From contig NC_058369.1 of assembly GCF_018350175.1 (NCBI RefSeq), positions 18,912,001 to 18,976,000 on the forward strand: 64,000 nucleotides of DNA, written 5' to 3'. The stretch's first letter is position 1, and every line of letters begins with the position of its first letter. The translations under genes and the position numbers were made by a program. Of this stretch, positions 37,001 through 49,383 are shown in pieces. The notes under the pieces were generated by a model that was not told the DNA's origin, did no database searches, and worked only from the letters and a program-made list of their open reading frames with translations. The DNA is from Felis catus. Taxonomy: Eukaryota.

Positions 37001-40000
37001 TCAGGAGAGGAGCCAGGCAAGAAGTCTGAGCTCTTGAGCAGAGTCCTCTTCTGCCCCCTGCTGGTTATTCCCTGTACTTCAGCAAACCCTGTCCCCTTTG
37101 GGGGCTTCAGTTTCTCTCCAGCCTAAGGTGGCTGAACTCTGAAGTTAATTGGCCAGCATGGGGCTGGTAACATGGTTCTTCTCCCTGAGACTCCAAAGAT
37201 CTTCCTGTACCTCCAGCTGCAACCTGAATCCCCTTCAGATATAAAAGGGAAAAACCAAGGCCTGAAGGCTAGGCCCCAGGGATTGGGAAACACCTGTCAC
37301 CTGTTCTTAATAGGAAGGTGTTTTGGGGGACTGCCCTCAAGGCACCAAGGCAGGACTGTGGAAGCTTCTGGGAAATCATATCAGGGTATGATGCAAGGCA
37401 TTGGAGCTGGGTGCAAAGCACAGGCAGGGCTCAGTAGCCTTGGGGCTTGCGACATTCCCTTGCCAGCCCTGGGGCTCCCATCAAACCAAGTGTGCTTAAC
37501 CTAGTCCTGAGACCTCAGTGCTGATCAGGAGCCCTGGGGGTGCAGAGCTGGGCACAGAAATTCCACACACTCTAGGTCTGTAGCCTGGATGGGTGGGAAC
37601 TGGGACTCTGTCCTCACTTGAGGCAGGAAAGGGGCCTGACCTTAGCCGGAAGCCAGCGGGTGTTTTTAGCATGACTCAGGAACAGGTGGGGCTGAGGGGT
37701 GGCAAAGAGGCCCTACCCTGATCAGGACCACACCCCTGTCTGCTTGCCCCTGGGTCCTAGGACTTAGCTCTGGGTTTCAGGTGTGTCTATAAGCCAGCCT
37801 GTGGCTCCTAAGAGCATGACTCAAGTGTCCAGTGCCCCACAAAGGAGGGTGACTGCTCCAGAGTCAAATCCCACCTGAACCCATGGAAGGCAGGTGCCAG
37901 CTCAGAGTCCCACAGGCTTCCTGAGGCCAGCCACAATCAGCACACAGTGGGTGTTGCCCTGGAGGCTACATGCCCAGTCACTGGACAAACACTGTACAGG
38001 CTGGTTCACACACCTCCCTGGCCAGCCTGTGGGCCATCTTGAGATCAGTCCTCCTCAAACCTAGCACTGCCAACTCATGCTGGATGTCTTCTGACCCACT
38101 GACCACCAGCCAAGTCCGTGAGAGGTTCAGACTCCCCCAGAAGGAAGAGAGGAGGGCAGGCAGGGCTGCCCAGGCCCTGACGAGGGCTCTCCCCCCGTAG
38201 GGCCTCCTCAACCCAGATGGACTCAGCTGAGGGAGGGAGGCTGGAGATGCCCTACTCCTCGCTGTTCGTACATTCTCCTTCCACCTCTGAGGCATTAGTA
38301 AGAGCCAGAAAGGAGTCAGTGGGGAACATCACAGAAGTAGCAGAGCCACAGGGCAGCCAAAGACTCAGAGCAGTGACTGTGAGCGAGCTCACTGAAAGAC
38401 CACTTATCCAGTGCTGTTCACTCCATTGTCTTGGTTTTACCTCTTACAAGCTAGGGTAGGACTGTTTCCATGGCTCTCAGTTTGGGTTTTGTCCTTAGCA
38501 TTTTAAGGAATGTCCTGTTTGTCTCTGTTCCAGCTCCCTGACACCATGGCTGGAGAGAACCTGGGTAGGGTCTGCTGGGAAAAGCCCCCAATTCAGCGAT
38601 GGCCGGGAGACCTCTTACTTGGGGTGAGATGGGGAACTAGAGCAGGGCCCCAACCATAGTGAAAGAAAGTCTGGGACTCCTTCATGGTGAACCACTTCCA
38701 ACCAGCCCCTCCTAAGCCTTTACTCATCCCCAGATGTTTACAGTTGTTTGCACAAGACTGGGGTGAGCTTCCTGGAATCTACTAGAGCCAAGTTGCCTTC
38801 CCACCATGTCCTTGGTCCTCCCCCAGTCACTCCACAGAGGACAATCAGGGACGAGTGTGTCTGTGAAGCCGAAGCCATGCAGGCTCTCTGACAAGCCCCC
38901 AAACTTCCAAGGCCCAGGAGGCTCCCTGGAATGGGGTGGGGGCATCCTCTGACAGCTCCTGCCCCACCCTCTTTGGAAAGCGGAACAGAACAGTGCTTCC
39001 AAAGGGAAAGAGAAACTGTGTTGGTGAGCAGCCGTATCTGTGTGAATCTGTTAGCATCTGCTTGTGTGGGGGGCTATTTCTCTGTGTATGTCCTTGAGGG
39101 TATGTGCGGTGGGCAGGTAGGAGGGGGTCATTGTACTGGAGTTAGGCAGTGTCTCTGCCAGACAGTTGTGATGCAATCTCCTTCTCACACAATCTAGGAA
39201 ACTACCTAAAAAAATCAGAGGCCATAGTACCTAAGAGAGTGAAAGAGCAAAATGGAGGAGAAACAGAGACTAGTCTGGCTAGTAGGTGAGCCTCCAGTAT
39301 AGCCTGTGCTTGGCTGATTCCCTCACGCCCTCCACACCCCCACCTGCCCCCAGCACTAAGGAACTGGGTGGAAGAGAAAACGTCTTCCCTCCTGCCCTTC
39401 TCCCTCCCTCCCAGACCCTCTTACTGGATTCTACCACCTGCTCACAGGTGAGGGCCCCTTCTTTCTGCTCACCGGGTTGGGGCAAAAACTAGGCGACTGG
39501 AAGAAGTCGAGGCCTCGCCGGATGCCAGGGGGGACAGGAGGCTCACAACAGCGCTCCACACCATGCTCGATGAGAGTGTCCACTAGGTCGATGGGAAAGG
39601 CACAGACGACAGAGTTGGGATTCACACCGGGACTGCTGTCTCTGCTAGCCACGAAGACGCCAAATAGCACTTCTTGGCCCTCAGCGATGCTCAGCTCAGC
39701 AGCTAGCTTGCTGCCCACTGGAGCTGTGTGGGCCGCCCTCAGCACTGGGTAGGGCTGTCCTCCCTCAGTGGCCCCGCGGCGCCGGCGTTTGGGTGCGAAT
39801 CGGCAGTCGAGAACGAGCTCGCGGTAGTCGCCCAGCTCGGGCTCAGCAGCGCTGAGCCGTGCCAGGCGTGTGTGCAAGGCTTCCGGGGCAGCTGCCACGC
39901 TGGCCCGCTGCACCTTCAGGAAATAGACAAAGCCTCTGGCGCGGAAACTGTACACGTACTGGATAGGATAGGAAGCGAGGTGCTCCGGCAGCACGGACAG

Positions 40001-40705
40001 CGCGGCAAACCCCGGTGCGAATCCTGAGGCATCGGCCTTGAGGCGCCGGATGGACACTGAGCGGGGGCTGAAGCTCGAGGCCACCGTCTCATCCAGTGAG
40101 GATGCCACGTAGAAGTAGGAGGCATGGCCCTGCTCAACCACGGTCACGAGGGTGCCCAGAGGACTGGCCACACAGTCAGGGCAGTCCTCGGGCTGGTTGT
40201 GGTTGGCGGAGAAGAGGCAGGCTGGCGGTGCCAGGTGCAGGGCTGTCCCTTGGGGCTCTAGCTCGTGCAGGAAGCAGCGCCCATGCAGGCTCGAGCCACA
40301 GCTGACTAGTGCGGGCAGAGCTGGCTCCAGCACCAGCACCTGTGCATCTGTGTCTCCCTGCGGGCTGTGGGGGCCCGGGCCACAGGCCGCACACGTCTGA
40401 CAGCCCGGGTCTCCAACAGGACCTGTGGCCAGGCTCTCTACTGGCTGCAGGCCAGGCCCAAGCACGTGCAGGCGATTGCGTGTAGCCACGAACACGGCAC
40501 TCCCGTCCCTGCCGCCCTCGTAGGTCGCTATGGCCTGTACCGGACCTCCGGCCGAGAAGCTGGGCACCTTGTACTCGACGTCAAAATCGCGCAAGGCGGC
40601 GTAGGGGGTGCGCGGACACTGCCAGGACTCTCTGGCCAGCAGTGGTGGCAGCAGTAGCAGCAGCAATAACAGTGAAGGCTGTGACGGCGGCGAGAGAAGC
40701 TCCAT
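27838..40705 (-). CDS. MST1R: Macrophage-stimulating 1 receptor (RON) receptor tyrosine kinase, 20 exons, 1400 aa
   Basis: Exons total 4203 nt. Signal peptide, Sema domain, furin site KRRRR, PSI, IPT repeats, [24 protein letters not shown], kinase [22 protein letters not shown], docking site [11 protein letters not shown]. All introns GT-AG. Confidence 0.97.
28780..29806 (+). mobile_element. LTR16-like (ERVL) solo LTR, interrupted by two SINEs and an inverted duplication
   Basis: cccagatcccccctt, aacttctcc.cctgcccagtcctgcttcc and aataaactccctg...agagtctgtttcagggaac resemble recalled LTR16 consensus. Confidence 0.6.
28973..29430 (+). mobile_element. Two head-to-tail Can-SINEs (28973-29179 and 29180-~29430)
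   Basis: Two SINE heads and bodies; outer TSD taaaactc at 28964 and 29448. Confidence 0.88.
29581..30436. repeat. Inverted repeat; arms 29581-29726 and 30282-30436
   Basis: Manual alignment of arm 1 to the reverse complement of arm 2 gives 5 substitutions plus 2-nt and 7-nt gaps. Confidence 0.93.
30507..30643 (-). CDS. MST1R: MST1R exon 19
   Basis: [18 protein letters not shown]...YCPDS, 137 nt. Confidence 0.92.
31051..31216 (-). CDS. MST1R: MST1R exon 18
   Basis: [16 protein letters not shown]...TKSDV, 166 nt. Confidence 0.92.
31482..31591 (-). CDS. MST1R: MST1R exon 17
   Basis: [15 protein letters not shown]...HRDLAARNC, 110 nt. Confidence 0.92.
31675..31856 (-). CDS. MST1R: MST1R exon 16
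   Basis: [14 protein letters not shown]...IRSPQR, 182 nt. Confidence 0.92.
32008..32088 (-). CDS. MST1R: MST1R exon 15
   Basis: [10 protein letters not shown]...CAIKSLS, 81 nt. Confidence 0.92.
32451..32657 (-). CDS. MST1R: MST1R exon 14 (NAGNAG acceptor; alternative start 32654)
   Basis: APATHGLDS...DRIIGK, 207 nt. Confidence 0.88.
32733..32834 (-). CDS. MST1R: MST1R exon 13 (juxtamembrane)
   Basis: [11 protein letters not shown]...SDYRNGL, 102 nt. Confidence 0.9.
32981..33143 (-). CDS. MST1R: MST1R exon 12 (transmembrane)
   Basis: [11 protein letters not shown]...TM...WRRKQL, 163 nt. Confidence 0.92.
33223..33369 (-). CDS. MST1R: MST1R exon 11 (147 nt)
   Basis: [10 protein letters not shown]...GAPLQ. 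Confidence 0.92.
33470..33679 (-). CDS. MST1R: MST1R exon 10 (NAGNAG acceptor; alternative start 33682)
   Basis: [16 protein letters not shown]...AVKFE, 210 nt. Confidence 0.88.
33838..33931 (-). CDS. MST1R: MST1R exon 9
   Basis: [15 protein letters not shown]...VENR, 94 nt. Confidence 0.9.
34028..34189 (-). CDS. MST1R: MST1R exon 8
   Basis: [13 protein letters not shown]...PNCGY, 162 nt. Confidence 0.92.
34620..34756 (-). CDS. MST1R: MST1R exon 7
   Basis: [17 protein letters not shown]...ECPLE, 137 nt. Confidence 0.92.
34870..35035 (-). CDS. MST1R: MST1R exon 6
   Basis: [15 protein letters not shown]...GFSFM, 166 nt. Confidence 0.92.
35399..35559 (-). CDS. MST1R: MST1R exon 5
   Basis: [18 protein letters not shown]..., 161 nt. 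Confidence 0.92.
35864..36034 (-). CDS. MST1R: MST1R exon 4 (PSI domain)
   Basis: [17 protein letters not shown]...PPELTE, 171 nt. Confidence 0.92.
36212..36340 (-). CDS. MST1R: MST1R exon 3
   Basis: [13 protein letters not shown]...SGEQ, 129 nt. Confidence 0.92.
36421..36609 (-). CDS. MST1R: MST1R exon 2
   Basis: [12 protein letters not shown]...GRILQ, 189 nt. Confidence 0.92.
39473..40705 (-). CDS. MST1R: MST1R exon 1
   Basis: [10 protein letters not shown]...FCPNP, 1233 nt, donor GTGAG. Confidence 0.95.
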
Positions 40706-40988
40706 CGAGGCCCACCTGGGCCCCTGCAGGGACTCTTGGAGGCCTGGGCCTGGCTGGGAGCAGACTCAAGGTCCTGGTTGGGACCTGAGTCCGCAGCCGG
40801 TCCTGAAAGCCCTCGGGCAGCTGACCCACCTCCAGCGTGATGTCCAGCGCCCTCCCCTGCCCTCGGGTCTGAGCACCTGGCACCAGGTGGACATACACAC
40901 CGCCAGTGAACGAAGAGGCCCCCTCACCTGCCTGCCCCAGCTGCTGCTCCAAGCAGGCACTCTGAGCAAAGTCGGCAGGAGGGCGCAA

Positions 40989-41015
40989 GGCGGGGCTGGC
41001 GGGGCTGGCGGGGCC
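40989..41015. promoter_or_regulatory. Three tandem GC boxes in MST1R promoter / CpG-rich region
   Basis: GGCGGGGCT-GGCGGGGCT-GGCGGGGCC about 290 bp upstream of the ATG. Confidence 0.65.
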
Positions 41016-44000
41016 AGGGTGCGTGGGCGGAACTGTGGGCGGGGCCCGTTGAAGGCTCGGCCCAGCCAGCCCCTCCTCCCACCCGACTCTCCAGGCCTTC
41101 GAAAGCCTGTTACCTACACCTTCTCTTGGGGGCGTTTTTCTCAGTGGCATGTGGTGAGTGTGCCTGGAGTGGCCCAGAGAGAGGTAGGAAAGTCTGAGCC
41201 TTCCCTTCCCGCCGCTCACGACCGACTGGGCTGAAGTGAAGGAGGGGTCGGAAGTCACCCCAGCACCAGTGAGGGTTTGAGGACCACCTGGCTTATTTTT
41301 GCCCTTGGCACCAGTATACAGTCAACACACTCAGACGCTGGTTCCAGAACAGGGCCTGGAGGCCCCTGAGAGACCAAGAATGTGTGGAGGACCGGAGGGG
41401 AGAGGTGGGGGCCCCCGGGAGTAGTGAAACCCTCTCAGGGCAGGGGCCATCCTTTTCTGGGCCTGCCCTGGGATGTCAATGACTGGATGGTATCACAGGA
41501 AGATGCATTGTCCCCTGCCTGCCCAAGGCGGTAGAGGTTATGAGTTAGGACCTACCCTGCTGGCTGGACATTAGAGTCAGAGGAGAGGCAGCTTATGGGG
41601 AGGCCCAAGCCTAGCTATGGTCCCTCCACCACTGCCTCAGTAGGCAGAAGCTGCAGGATGGGACTAACAAAACACACAGTGCTGGCTGCCTTTGCTGGCT
41701 GTGCTGCAGTGCCCCCCTGATATGGGGGAAACATGGGCTTTGACAGGGCACCTCTAACCTGCTCTGTAAGCTATGCTGGGCCTGAGTCTCTCCATCCCTG
41801 AAATGAGGATATAGTTCTAACTAGATGACTGCCCACAGTTCTCTCTTCAGTCTGAGTGAGGCATATGGGGTTGGGGGGAGGAGAGGCAACCTTGCCTCTT
41901 GTACATGGACTTCAGCGGTTGCTCCTTGATAACTGGTTCTTCCTAACATTTAAAGGGGGCTCTGGGGGACCTTGTCAGCCTGACAGCCCCCTTAGCCAGG
42001 TGGGCCTTAACCCTGGAGGGAGGGGAAGCTTCATAGGGTGGCCCTACACTGAGGTCTGAGGGACCTGTGAACTGTGGGTCCCAGGGCTTTGGAGCATAAG
42101 AGGGGTGGGGGAGAGAGGAGTTTTCAGCCCAGCAGGATTCATTCAGCCTGATTTTTGGAGCTGTATCTCCTCTACTCCCCTATCCAGACAATATTCCTTG
42201 TTCCTCCTTCCAGGAGCACCTTTTTCCTTTCCTTCTCTTGCAGCTTAGATGGCACCACCTCCAGGAAGCCCTCCTGATCCAGTCAATGCCTGGTCCATTT
42301 TGTGGGTCCCACAGATCATATGCTATACCCACTCTAGCACAGCTGACTCTGAATACCTGACTCCCCACTTTCCCCATTCCTAGTGCTGAACTCCCCTCCC
42401 CCTTGGGGCTGGAGCTCAGTGAGCACCTGGGAGAGAGAGGAAACAGGATTGGGCAGCCACACCCAGTGCTGGGAGGATTCAGAGCCTCAGGCATCATAAA
42501 TGGCACTCCCTTCTCTAACTAGAATTGGCCCGGAAATGAATAAATACCCATAAAAAAAATCATGTGTTCCACAGTCAACATGATTAAAGACACTCATGCT
42601 GGGTAAAACTGAAATGAAACATTCTCTGCTGGCACTGAGACAGTTTCTTGGGTCCCGGTACTACATTCGGAGAGACTTCTGTAGGTTGGGAGGAGACTTC
42701 AAGGGCCCTCCTTGATCACCCTGTCCACTCGTTTTGAGGATTGGGGTGCAGCAGTCAACAGTTGATTCTCTGCTGCCACCATGTGGCCAAGATGTTGGCT
42801 AGCCCCAGAACAGCGTCCCCTGGTGGACAACCCCGGTCCTTGAGAACCGGCATCCACGGGAGCACCCCCTTCCTCCTTCCCCCTCTGCCCACTCTGCAGG
42901 AGCAGGGCAGGCAAACCATGTGGGGGAAGTGGGGCCTTGGAGTGTTAAATATAAGTGCTCCCTCCAAGCTGAACTCACAAGGCCTGGCCTATATTTGGTT
43001 TAGGACCTGCCCAACTGCCCCAGTATCTATCACCTTGAAGGAGTGCCCTCTTTTCCCTTTTTGGCTCTCACATCCCTCTGAACACTACTCCAAAACAAAA
43101 ACAAAAACGAGAACTAACGCCAGCCTTTTTCTCCAACCCAAAGAGATCATCTGAGTGGCAGCAGTCTCTAACTACAATATGACCATATCACTCTGCAGCT
43201 TTAAAACAAATTCAATGGCTCCCCACTGCCAGACTTTTACCTGGAGTTCAAGAAACCTAGGCCTTGAAAACTCCTCCAGCTTCACTTAAACCAGTAATAC
43301 CAGGCTCTTTACCAGGTCCTTCGCTTTGCACATGCTGGTTCCTCCACTAGGAACACCTTCCCTGTTTGGCCTGTTATTCCTTCCTTGATCCCCAGACAGA
43401 TAAGCCCACACTCCAGGTGCCTACTGTCCTAGGTACACACACTCACCTAATTGTGACCACCCATTTCCACACCTACCCAGAATAGGTGCTAAACTGCAGA
43501 GGTGCTGAGAGTCCTACAAGAATCACAGTAGCCAACAGGAGTATCTAGGGGGCTGACCACTGACCAGAGGAATGCCAATAGCAGCCATGGACTGCTGGCC
43601 TGGCATCACCCTGACCCCAGAGGCAGTGATTTGGTGCACTGGCCAGGATCAAGGGGAGAAACAGCAGCAGGAACAGGCAGAAAAGAGACCCAGGGCACAT
43701 GTGCAGGGCGAGCAGCACCGCCAAGCCTGTGGCTGTTCCCTACGCGCCTTGGGGTCTAGGCAGGTGGTTTGCTGCCATATCCATTCTAATATGATCCAGG
43801 ATAGGGCCAAGGGCAGGGGTTATCCCATTTCCTGGGACAGTAAGTAGAACCATTCCAGTGTACCCTATGCTACCCACCAAATGTATTTTCCAACATGGGT
43901 TGGTTTTAGTGGCAGAGTATCTTAGCCCAGCTCTCAGAGACTGCATAAGGGTGATTTACTCTACAGTCTGAAGACCACATTCAGTGGACACTTCTCTCCC

Positions 44001-45073
44001 ATAAACATTTCCTAGGTCTTTTGCTCTCCTAGCCAATGAGATGGTTAAGCTGTGGCAGAACTGGGAAAGCCCCCCAGCAGCAAGATAGAGGCTTTCTGTA
44101 CTGTGCCTTGGGCTCTGTCCAAAGAGGGTCTCAGGACAGAGTGGAGGGGTCTGGGCCTTCACTGCTGAGCCTCCTGAGAGGTCCACAGTGACCCCTGTGG
44201 GCTGGAAAATGCCAGGGTGGTGGAAGAGGGCCCGGTGTGCCTAGCAGCATCTGCCCTTCTAGGGCAGGGTCCACCCCTGCCCCAGAAGTCAGCTGGCTCT
44301 TCCTGCAGGCCCTCCAGCTCACTCCTGGGGACGTTCTGAGGAATGCACTGGCCAAAAGCACAGATGCCGAGGTGAATAGCCCTTCATGAGGAAGACCAAG
44401 CTGGGACAATTTCCCCAGAGGTCTAGGGCTACATACACTGAGGCTGGTCTCTGAATTTTTCTGTGCTGAAAACCAGACCACCTCACCAAGGGATCTTACC
44501 CACCTGTACCAAGCCTCAGACTCTCCCTAGTTGGCTTTCCTTCTCTTACTCAGCCTTGTCACTGCTGAGCTACAGCAGCCCTTTAAGCAGAGCCACAGCT
44601 CCCAGGGTATATGAGTGGTCCTTTGGGGCACAAAGCTGGGGGCCCCTCCTAGGAGTGAGAGAGAGGGGCTGTGCCCTTCTAGGAGGCACCAGGGACTCAG
44701 ACTGAGTATTGGGGTGGGGCTGTGGGGGGCAAGGCCAGTGGAATGCTAGAGAACATTTTATGTATGGCAAGACTTTAGCTGAATGAAGAGACCCAGCCCA
44801 AGGTTCGATTCTGAGTGCTTGTGCTCCAGGACATGGGGAAACACAGGTAAGGACTAAGGAGGAGGATCCAGTATCTGTAGGAGTGAGAATGCATGAGTGA
44901 AGGGACCAGTGACAAGGCCCAATGAGTGTCTTCTCCAGAGTACTTTAATGCACGCACCAACCCACAGTCCCTGCCTGCTTGCTGCCTGGGCAAGAGAGGC
45001 CAGCCTATGTGGAGGCTCCCATAGCTTCCGTTGCCCAGGGTGCCTAAGAGGGCTGAACCCACACACGTTCCCA

Positions 45074-45214
45074 TCAGTAGGTGAGGGGTGTGAGGATGAA
45101 GAGGCGATCTTCTTCTTTGCGGATCCAGCGCATCAGCTTATGGATGGCACTGACAGCAGATGCCTTGGTCCCCAGGGGGCTGTAGCACATGTAGAGCTCA
45201 AAGGCACCTGTCAC
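45074..45214 (-). CDS. MON1A: MON1A last coding exon
   Basis: VTGAFELY...LTPLTY*, 141 nt. Confidence 0.93.
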   Translation of the reverse strand: MTGAFELYMCYSPLGTKASAVSAIHKLMRWIRKEEDRLFILTPLTY

Positions 45215-48200
45215 CTGGAGGAGGGGGCACAGGGTAGTCATCGAGGTTAGACATCTCGTGTGGCCCCTGCCCGGGATCCCGATGAAGCTGAGCCCATCCC
45301 AGGGCTGCCTTACCCAGGCCAGGAGGTTCTCATTGGGGCCCGTGTAGTAGATGGTCTTGAGTGGGCGGGAGGCATTGTGGGCCCGGCTGTGCAGGTATTG
45401 GTAGAGGCCCAGCAGCCGCTCCTGCTCCTCTTCACTGGTGTACGGGGCCTCAATCTCAGGGCTGGAGATGGGGGAGTGGGTTGGCAAAGAAATAACTTTC
45501 ATTGCCTTCTCTGGAGATCTAAAAACAACTCTTCCTAGCCAGGGAGACTCTGACATGTGTCTTACCCTCCAAATGTTTTCCCAGGACAGGGCATGGCCTC
45601 CCTACCACAGAAGACTTCCCAGGACAGGGCTGGGCCCACCCAGAATGGAGCCCTGTTCTTTCCCCCTCCCCCAAGTTCATGGCATCTTTGGTGACTTCCC
45701 TTGGAGAGGCCAATCTGAGTTTAGGTGTCCGAAACAAAGTGACAGGTCTGAAGTGGAGGAAAAGTGATCTGGGAACCCAAGAAGGGGTAATGGGAGGACA
45801 GAAGATGCCACATCTGGCCACAGCCCCTCTGTTGGAGGAGGAATTCTGCATCCTAGATGGGACCAAAATGACCCCTAAGGCAGACCTGCTCCAGGGCAGG
45901 AGATCCAGGAGACCTCTGTTCCAGCTTCCTTCCCTGGGTGTACTGGGCATTTCAAGGCTTTGTGGGTAACAAAGTAGAGAGGTACATGCCCATAGGGGGT
46001 GGAGTGATAGGGAGTCTGGGTCCCTGATGTCAGAGTAAAACAGACCCAACATGTCAGTCCATTCACAGACGGGTCATCAGCTCCAGGACTGCATCAGGGC
46101 TGAGGGCCAACCGCCTCCCCTCCCTCGCCCCTGTCTCCCTCAAGTTGTGCTCCCAAGGTCCTCCCTCACCTGGTGAAGAGTCCGGAGCTCTTTGATTTAT
46201 AGAGGAAGTGGCGCAGGTCCGGGATGCCCACTTGGGCAACACTGTAGTAGGGCGTGCGCAGTGCCTCTCGCAGCGCCAGGTGGGCTCCACGCTTCCGCAG
46301 GCGCTCCTGAAAGCGGCGGCGGCAGTCAGAGACTGCAAAGAAGTCCTCCCGGTCGGTGGAGACGAGCAACAAGCAGAGGTCGGTGTCAGGCTCCAGGTAA
46401 GAGATGTGTGCATGGAAGAAGCCGGCTGCATTAAATTTGGGTAGGCACACAGGCGTCCAGGCTTCTCCCTCACGGAAGGATGAAGAGGAACTTATGAGAT
46501 TGAAGAGCAGGTGCAGGTCGATAGGGTGCAGGAATTGGTCCTTGCGGCGCACGAGCGCCACCAGCTGGTTGCGTGCCAGCAGGATGGAGAAGACAAGGCT
46601 GCGCGCTCGCGCCTGCTGCAGGCTGGCACTCACCGCGTCGCGCACGGCCGCAGCCAGGGGCAAGCAGCGCGCTGCCCCCATGAGGAAGCTGGGGTCTCGC
46701 GCCATGAGCTGCAGCAGGTTGTCGGTGATGCGCTCCGAGCCCGAGAGCAGGCGCCGCAGGTCGTAGTTCTGCTTCTGCTGGAAGATGTGGCTCAGCTGGG
46801 CACCGGTAAGAAGGCTCAGGATCTGGTAGTAGATGTAGAGCAGCTCCTGCGCCAGTTCCTGCGCCGATTGCCGCGTGCGCGCCACTGCCACCAACACCAG
46901 TGGGCTCCGGCGCACGAATACTACCTTGTAGCCATCTGAAGGTGGAGGGAGGGGATGTCAGCTTCTCCGGGGAGCCCTCCGGGATTGGCCTTGCCCAGCT
47001 CCCTCGGAGCCCCAGCTTCTTACACAGCTTGCCGCTTTCTACATCCTCTCCACCCTCCCTCAGATCTCTGCACACAGTAGGGGCTTAAGGATGATGAAGA
47101 TAAAAACAGCAGCCCACGGTTCCCTTTCCCTGAGGATTCCAGGCTGTCCCTGCCACTTGCTTCACAGAGTGGCACCAGCCAAAATGCAGTGAGCAATAAA
47201 AAAAAACATTCTTGTGTTAAATGTCAAGAGCTGGGCGGGGCTCAGGGCCTGGGACTTCTAGTTCTCTCCAAGGGCAAAGCCCATGTCAGAGCCACCTCTG
47301 GCCCTCACAATACCCCGTAAGGCAGTCATTGTTGCTATCTGTGTTCAGATGACAATATTGAAGCCCAGTGAGGTGGAGGGGCTGCCCTTGGTCACACAGC
47401 ACATCCCAGCCCTCTAGTCCCTCGGGGACTATGAATTAACCCTGGTCAGGGGAGCCCTCCCTGCCCCCCTTTTCAGGTGGCTCACCTGCGTGGATAGAAC
47501 GAATGGCGTTCTTGTCTGCCTCCAGGAAGGACACCAGGGCCACCATGACACCCATGGTGCTGGAAAGTGCCTCCTCTGACCCATAGCGGGAGTACACAGG
47601 CTTCCCCGCCTCGCTCAGCACAAAGACGTGCTTCTGGTGCAGTCGCCATGCCTCAGCAGCCTCCTCCTCATCCCCCTCGCCTGTGCCCTCCCTGGGGGGT
47701 TCTGTGGCTGGCCGCCCAGCTGCCCCTGAAGGCTCTGGCCAGTCCTCAGAGCTTCCTGGCAGCATCTCCTCCTGCAGGTCTCGGGCCACACCTGTCAGTT
47801 GGGTGCTCAGCTCGCTGAAGTCCTGGCTGATCTGTCGCATGTCTGCAGGCAGTGGTGGAGGACCCCCAACACCCTCCTTGGGGCTGTCCCCAGAAGCTGC
47901 CCCATCCTCCGATTCAGTCAGGTCCTCATAGGAACGGGCATGGACGAACATGGCACCCTCCTGCCCAGCACCTGCCAGCCAAAAGCACTGGTGCTTAGAG
48001 CAATAGCCACTGGCAGACCACCTTACCAGCAAGATGCGTAATATGGCACTCTAGCTTTACTGCAGAGACAAGCCACTGTTCCCTCCTGCTACTGCCTACT
48101 ACAAGTTATGCCTCCCTGCGGCTTACAGCCCACCAGTTTCCTCCCATCACACTGGGAATAAAACCCAAACCCCTCATGGCTGCGGGAATGACTTGCTTCT

Positions 48201-49383
48201 ACTTGCTTCTCTCAATCTCATCTTACAGCCCTTACCCATTCCAGTCACACTGACCTTCATCCACCTGCTCTTTGGACACCCTCAACATGCCCTCACCTAC
48301 CTCAGGGCCTCTGTACCTACTGTTCCCTCTGCCTGGAATGCACTCCCACCTCCTTGCATGGCCAGCTCCTTGTCACACTTCAGCTCTCAGCAAAGACATA
48401 AGTTACCTCCTCACCTGACCTCTGAGCCTGGGCACTCTATCATCTCTCTCTCTTTGATTTCTCTTGTGCCACTTGTCAGTTATTATCCTTCTCCCCAACT
48501 ACAGTGGGGTTCCTCCTGAGGGGCAGCAAGGTGGTTGTTCGCTGCTGTGTGCCGAGCACCTTGCCCTGTGCCTGGAATACCTTTGTTCAGTGACTCTCTA
48601 TCCCTGTGAGAAGTCTCCCTGACCCAGTTCAGGCCATAGTTCCTAACCCACTCCACTGTAATGACCCCACTAGCCTATGGCTCCCCTAAGGCAGGGGACA
48701 TGTCAGTCTTTCTCTACTGATTTTTTTTTTTTTTTTTTTACAGAATAATTCAACAGATGTATTTTGAGTCTCTATGATGAGTTTGGTACCATACTAGGCA
48801 TTTGGGATACAACCACTCTGTGCTCAGAGAGCTCACAATTTTGTGGACAAGAGATGGGCAATATATACATAAACAAATAAAATTACAAAATAACTACTGT
48901 CCTGTACAGAGCATGGTCAGAGCAGGCAGGCCTAACTCGTGCAGAGGTGACGTTTAAGCTGAGAGCTGAGGGAGGGAAAAGGAGTCAGGAAGGCGCAATG
49001 TAGACCCAGGGAACGGGAGGAGAACCCATGCTGGCAGCCAGACAGCACAGGGGTGAGTAGCCCAACATGAAGTGGAGAGGAAGGCTGGACACAGACCGAG
49101 CCCGTTTCCTGCGGTATCCCCAGCACCTAACAAGTAGCCCACGAGTGACTGAACGAGTGCATGAATGAGTGGGAGTGAAAGACTTGGTGGGAATCCCAGT
49201 TGCCCTGGAGGCTGCTCTCGCTGTCAGCTGCCTGGAGCTGCACACCCTGCCCGTACCTGGCTCCATTCCCTGAGCCAGTCCTGGTGTGGGGCTCTCAGCT
49301 CTCTCCATACTCTGCCCATCAGAAGGAGCCAGGGTGCCATCGGGGCATTCGCTGCTCCTCTTCCTCTGCATGTCAGCAGCCAT
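45074..49383 (-). CDS. MON1A: Vacuolar fusion protein MON1 homolog A (subunit of the MON1-CCZ1 Rab7 GEF), 5 coding exons, 555 aa
   Basis: Exons 49383-49257, 47971-47486, 46935-46170, 45461-45314, 45214-45074 total 1668 nt; [47 protein letters not shown]. Confidence 0.96.
45314..45461 (-). CDS. MON1A: MON1A coding exon 4
   Basis: PEIEAPY...NLLAW, 148 nt. Confidence 0.93.
46170..46935 (-). CDS. MON1A: MON1A coding exon 3
   Basis: [17 protein letters not shown]...SSGLFT, 766 nt. Confidence 0.93.
47486..47971 (-). CDS. MON1A: MON1A coding exon 2
   Basis: [17 protein letters not shown]...RSIHA, 486 nt. Confidence 0.93.
48130..48590 (+). mobile_element. L2 LINE fragment
   Basis: cctcagggcct.tg.acct.ctgttccctctgcctggaatgc, ctcctgagggcag, gtgcctgg; approximate. 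Confidence 0.55.
49257..49383 (-). CDS. MON1A: MON1A coding exon 1 (exon 2; acceptor gives exon start at 49396)
   Basis: [13 protein letters not shown]...GMEP. Confidence 0.9.

Noticed and set aside
40581..41258. 225-aa and 208-aa ORFs at the MST1R 5' end
   Set aside because: GC-rich promoter/UTR shadows without ATG starts or domain content
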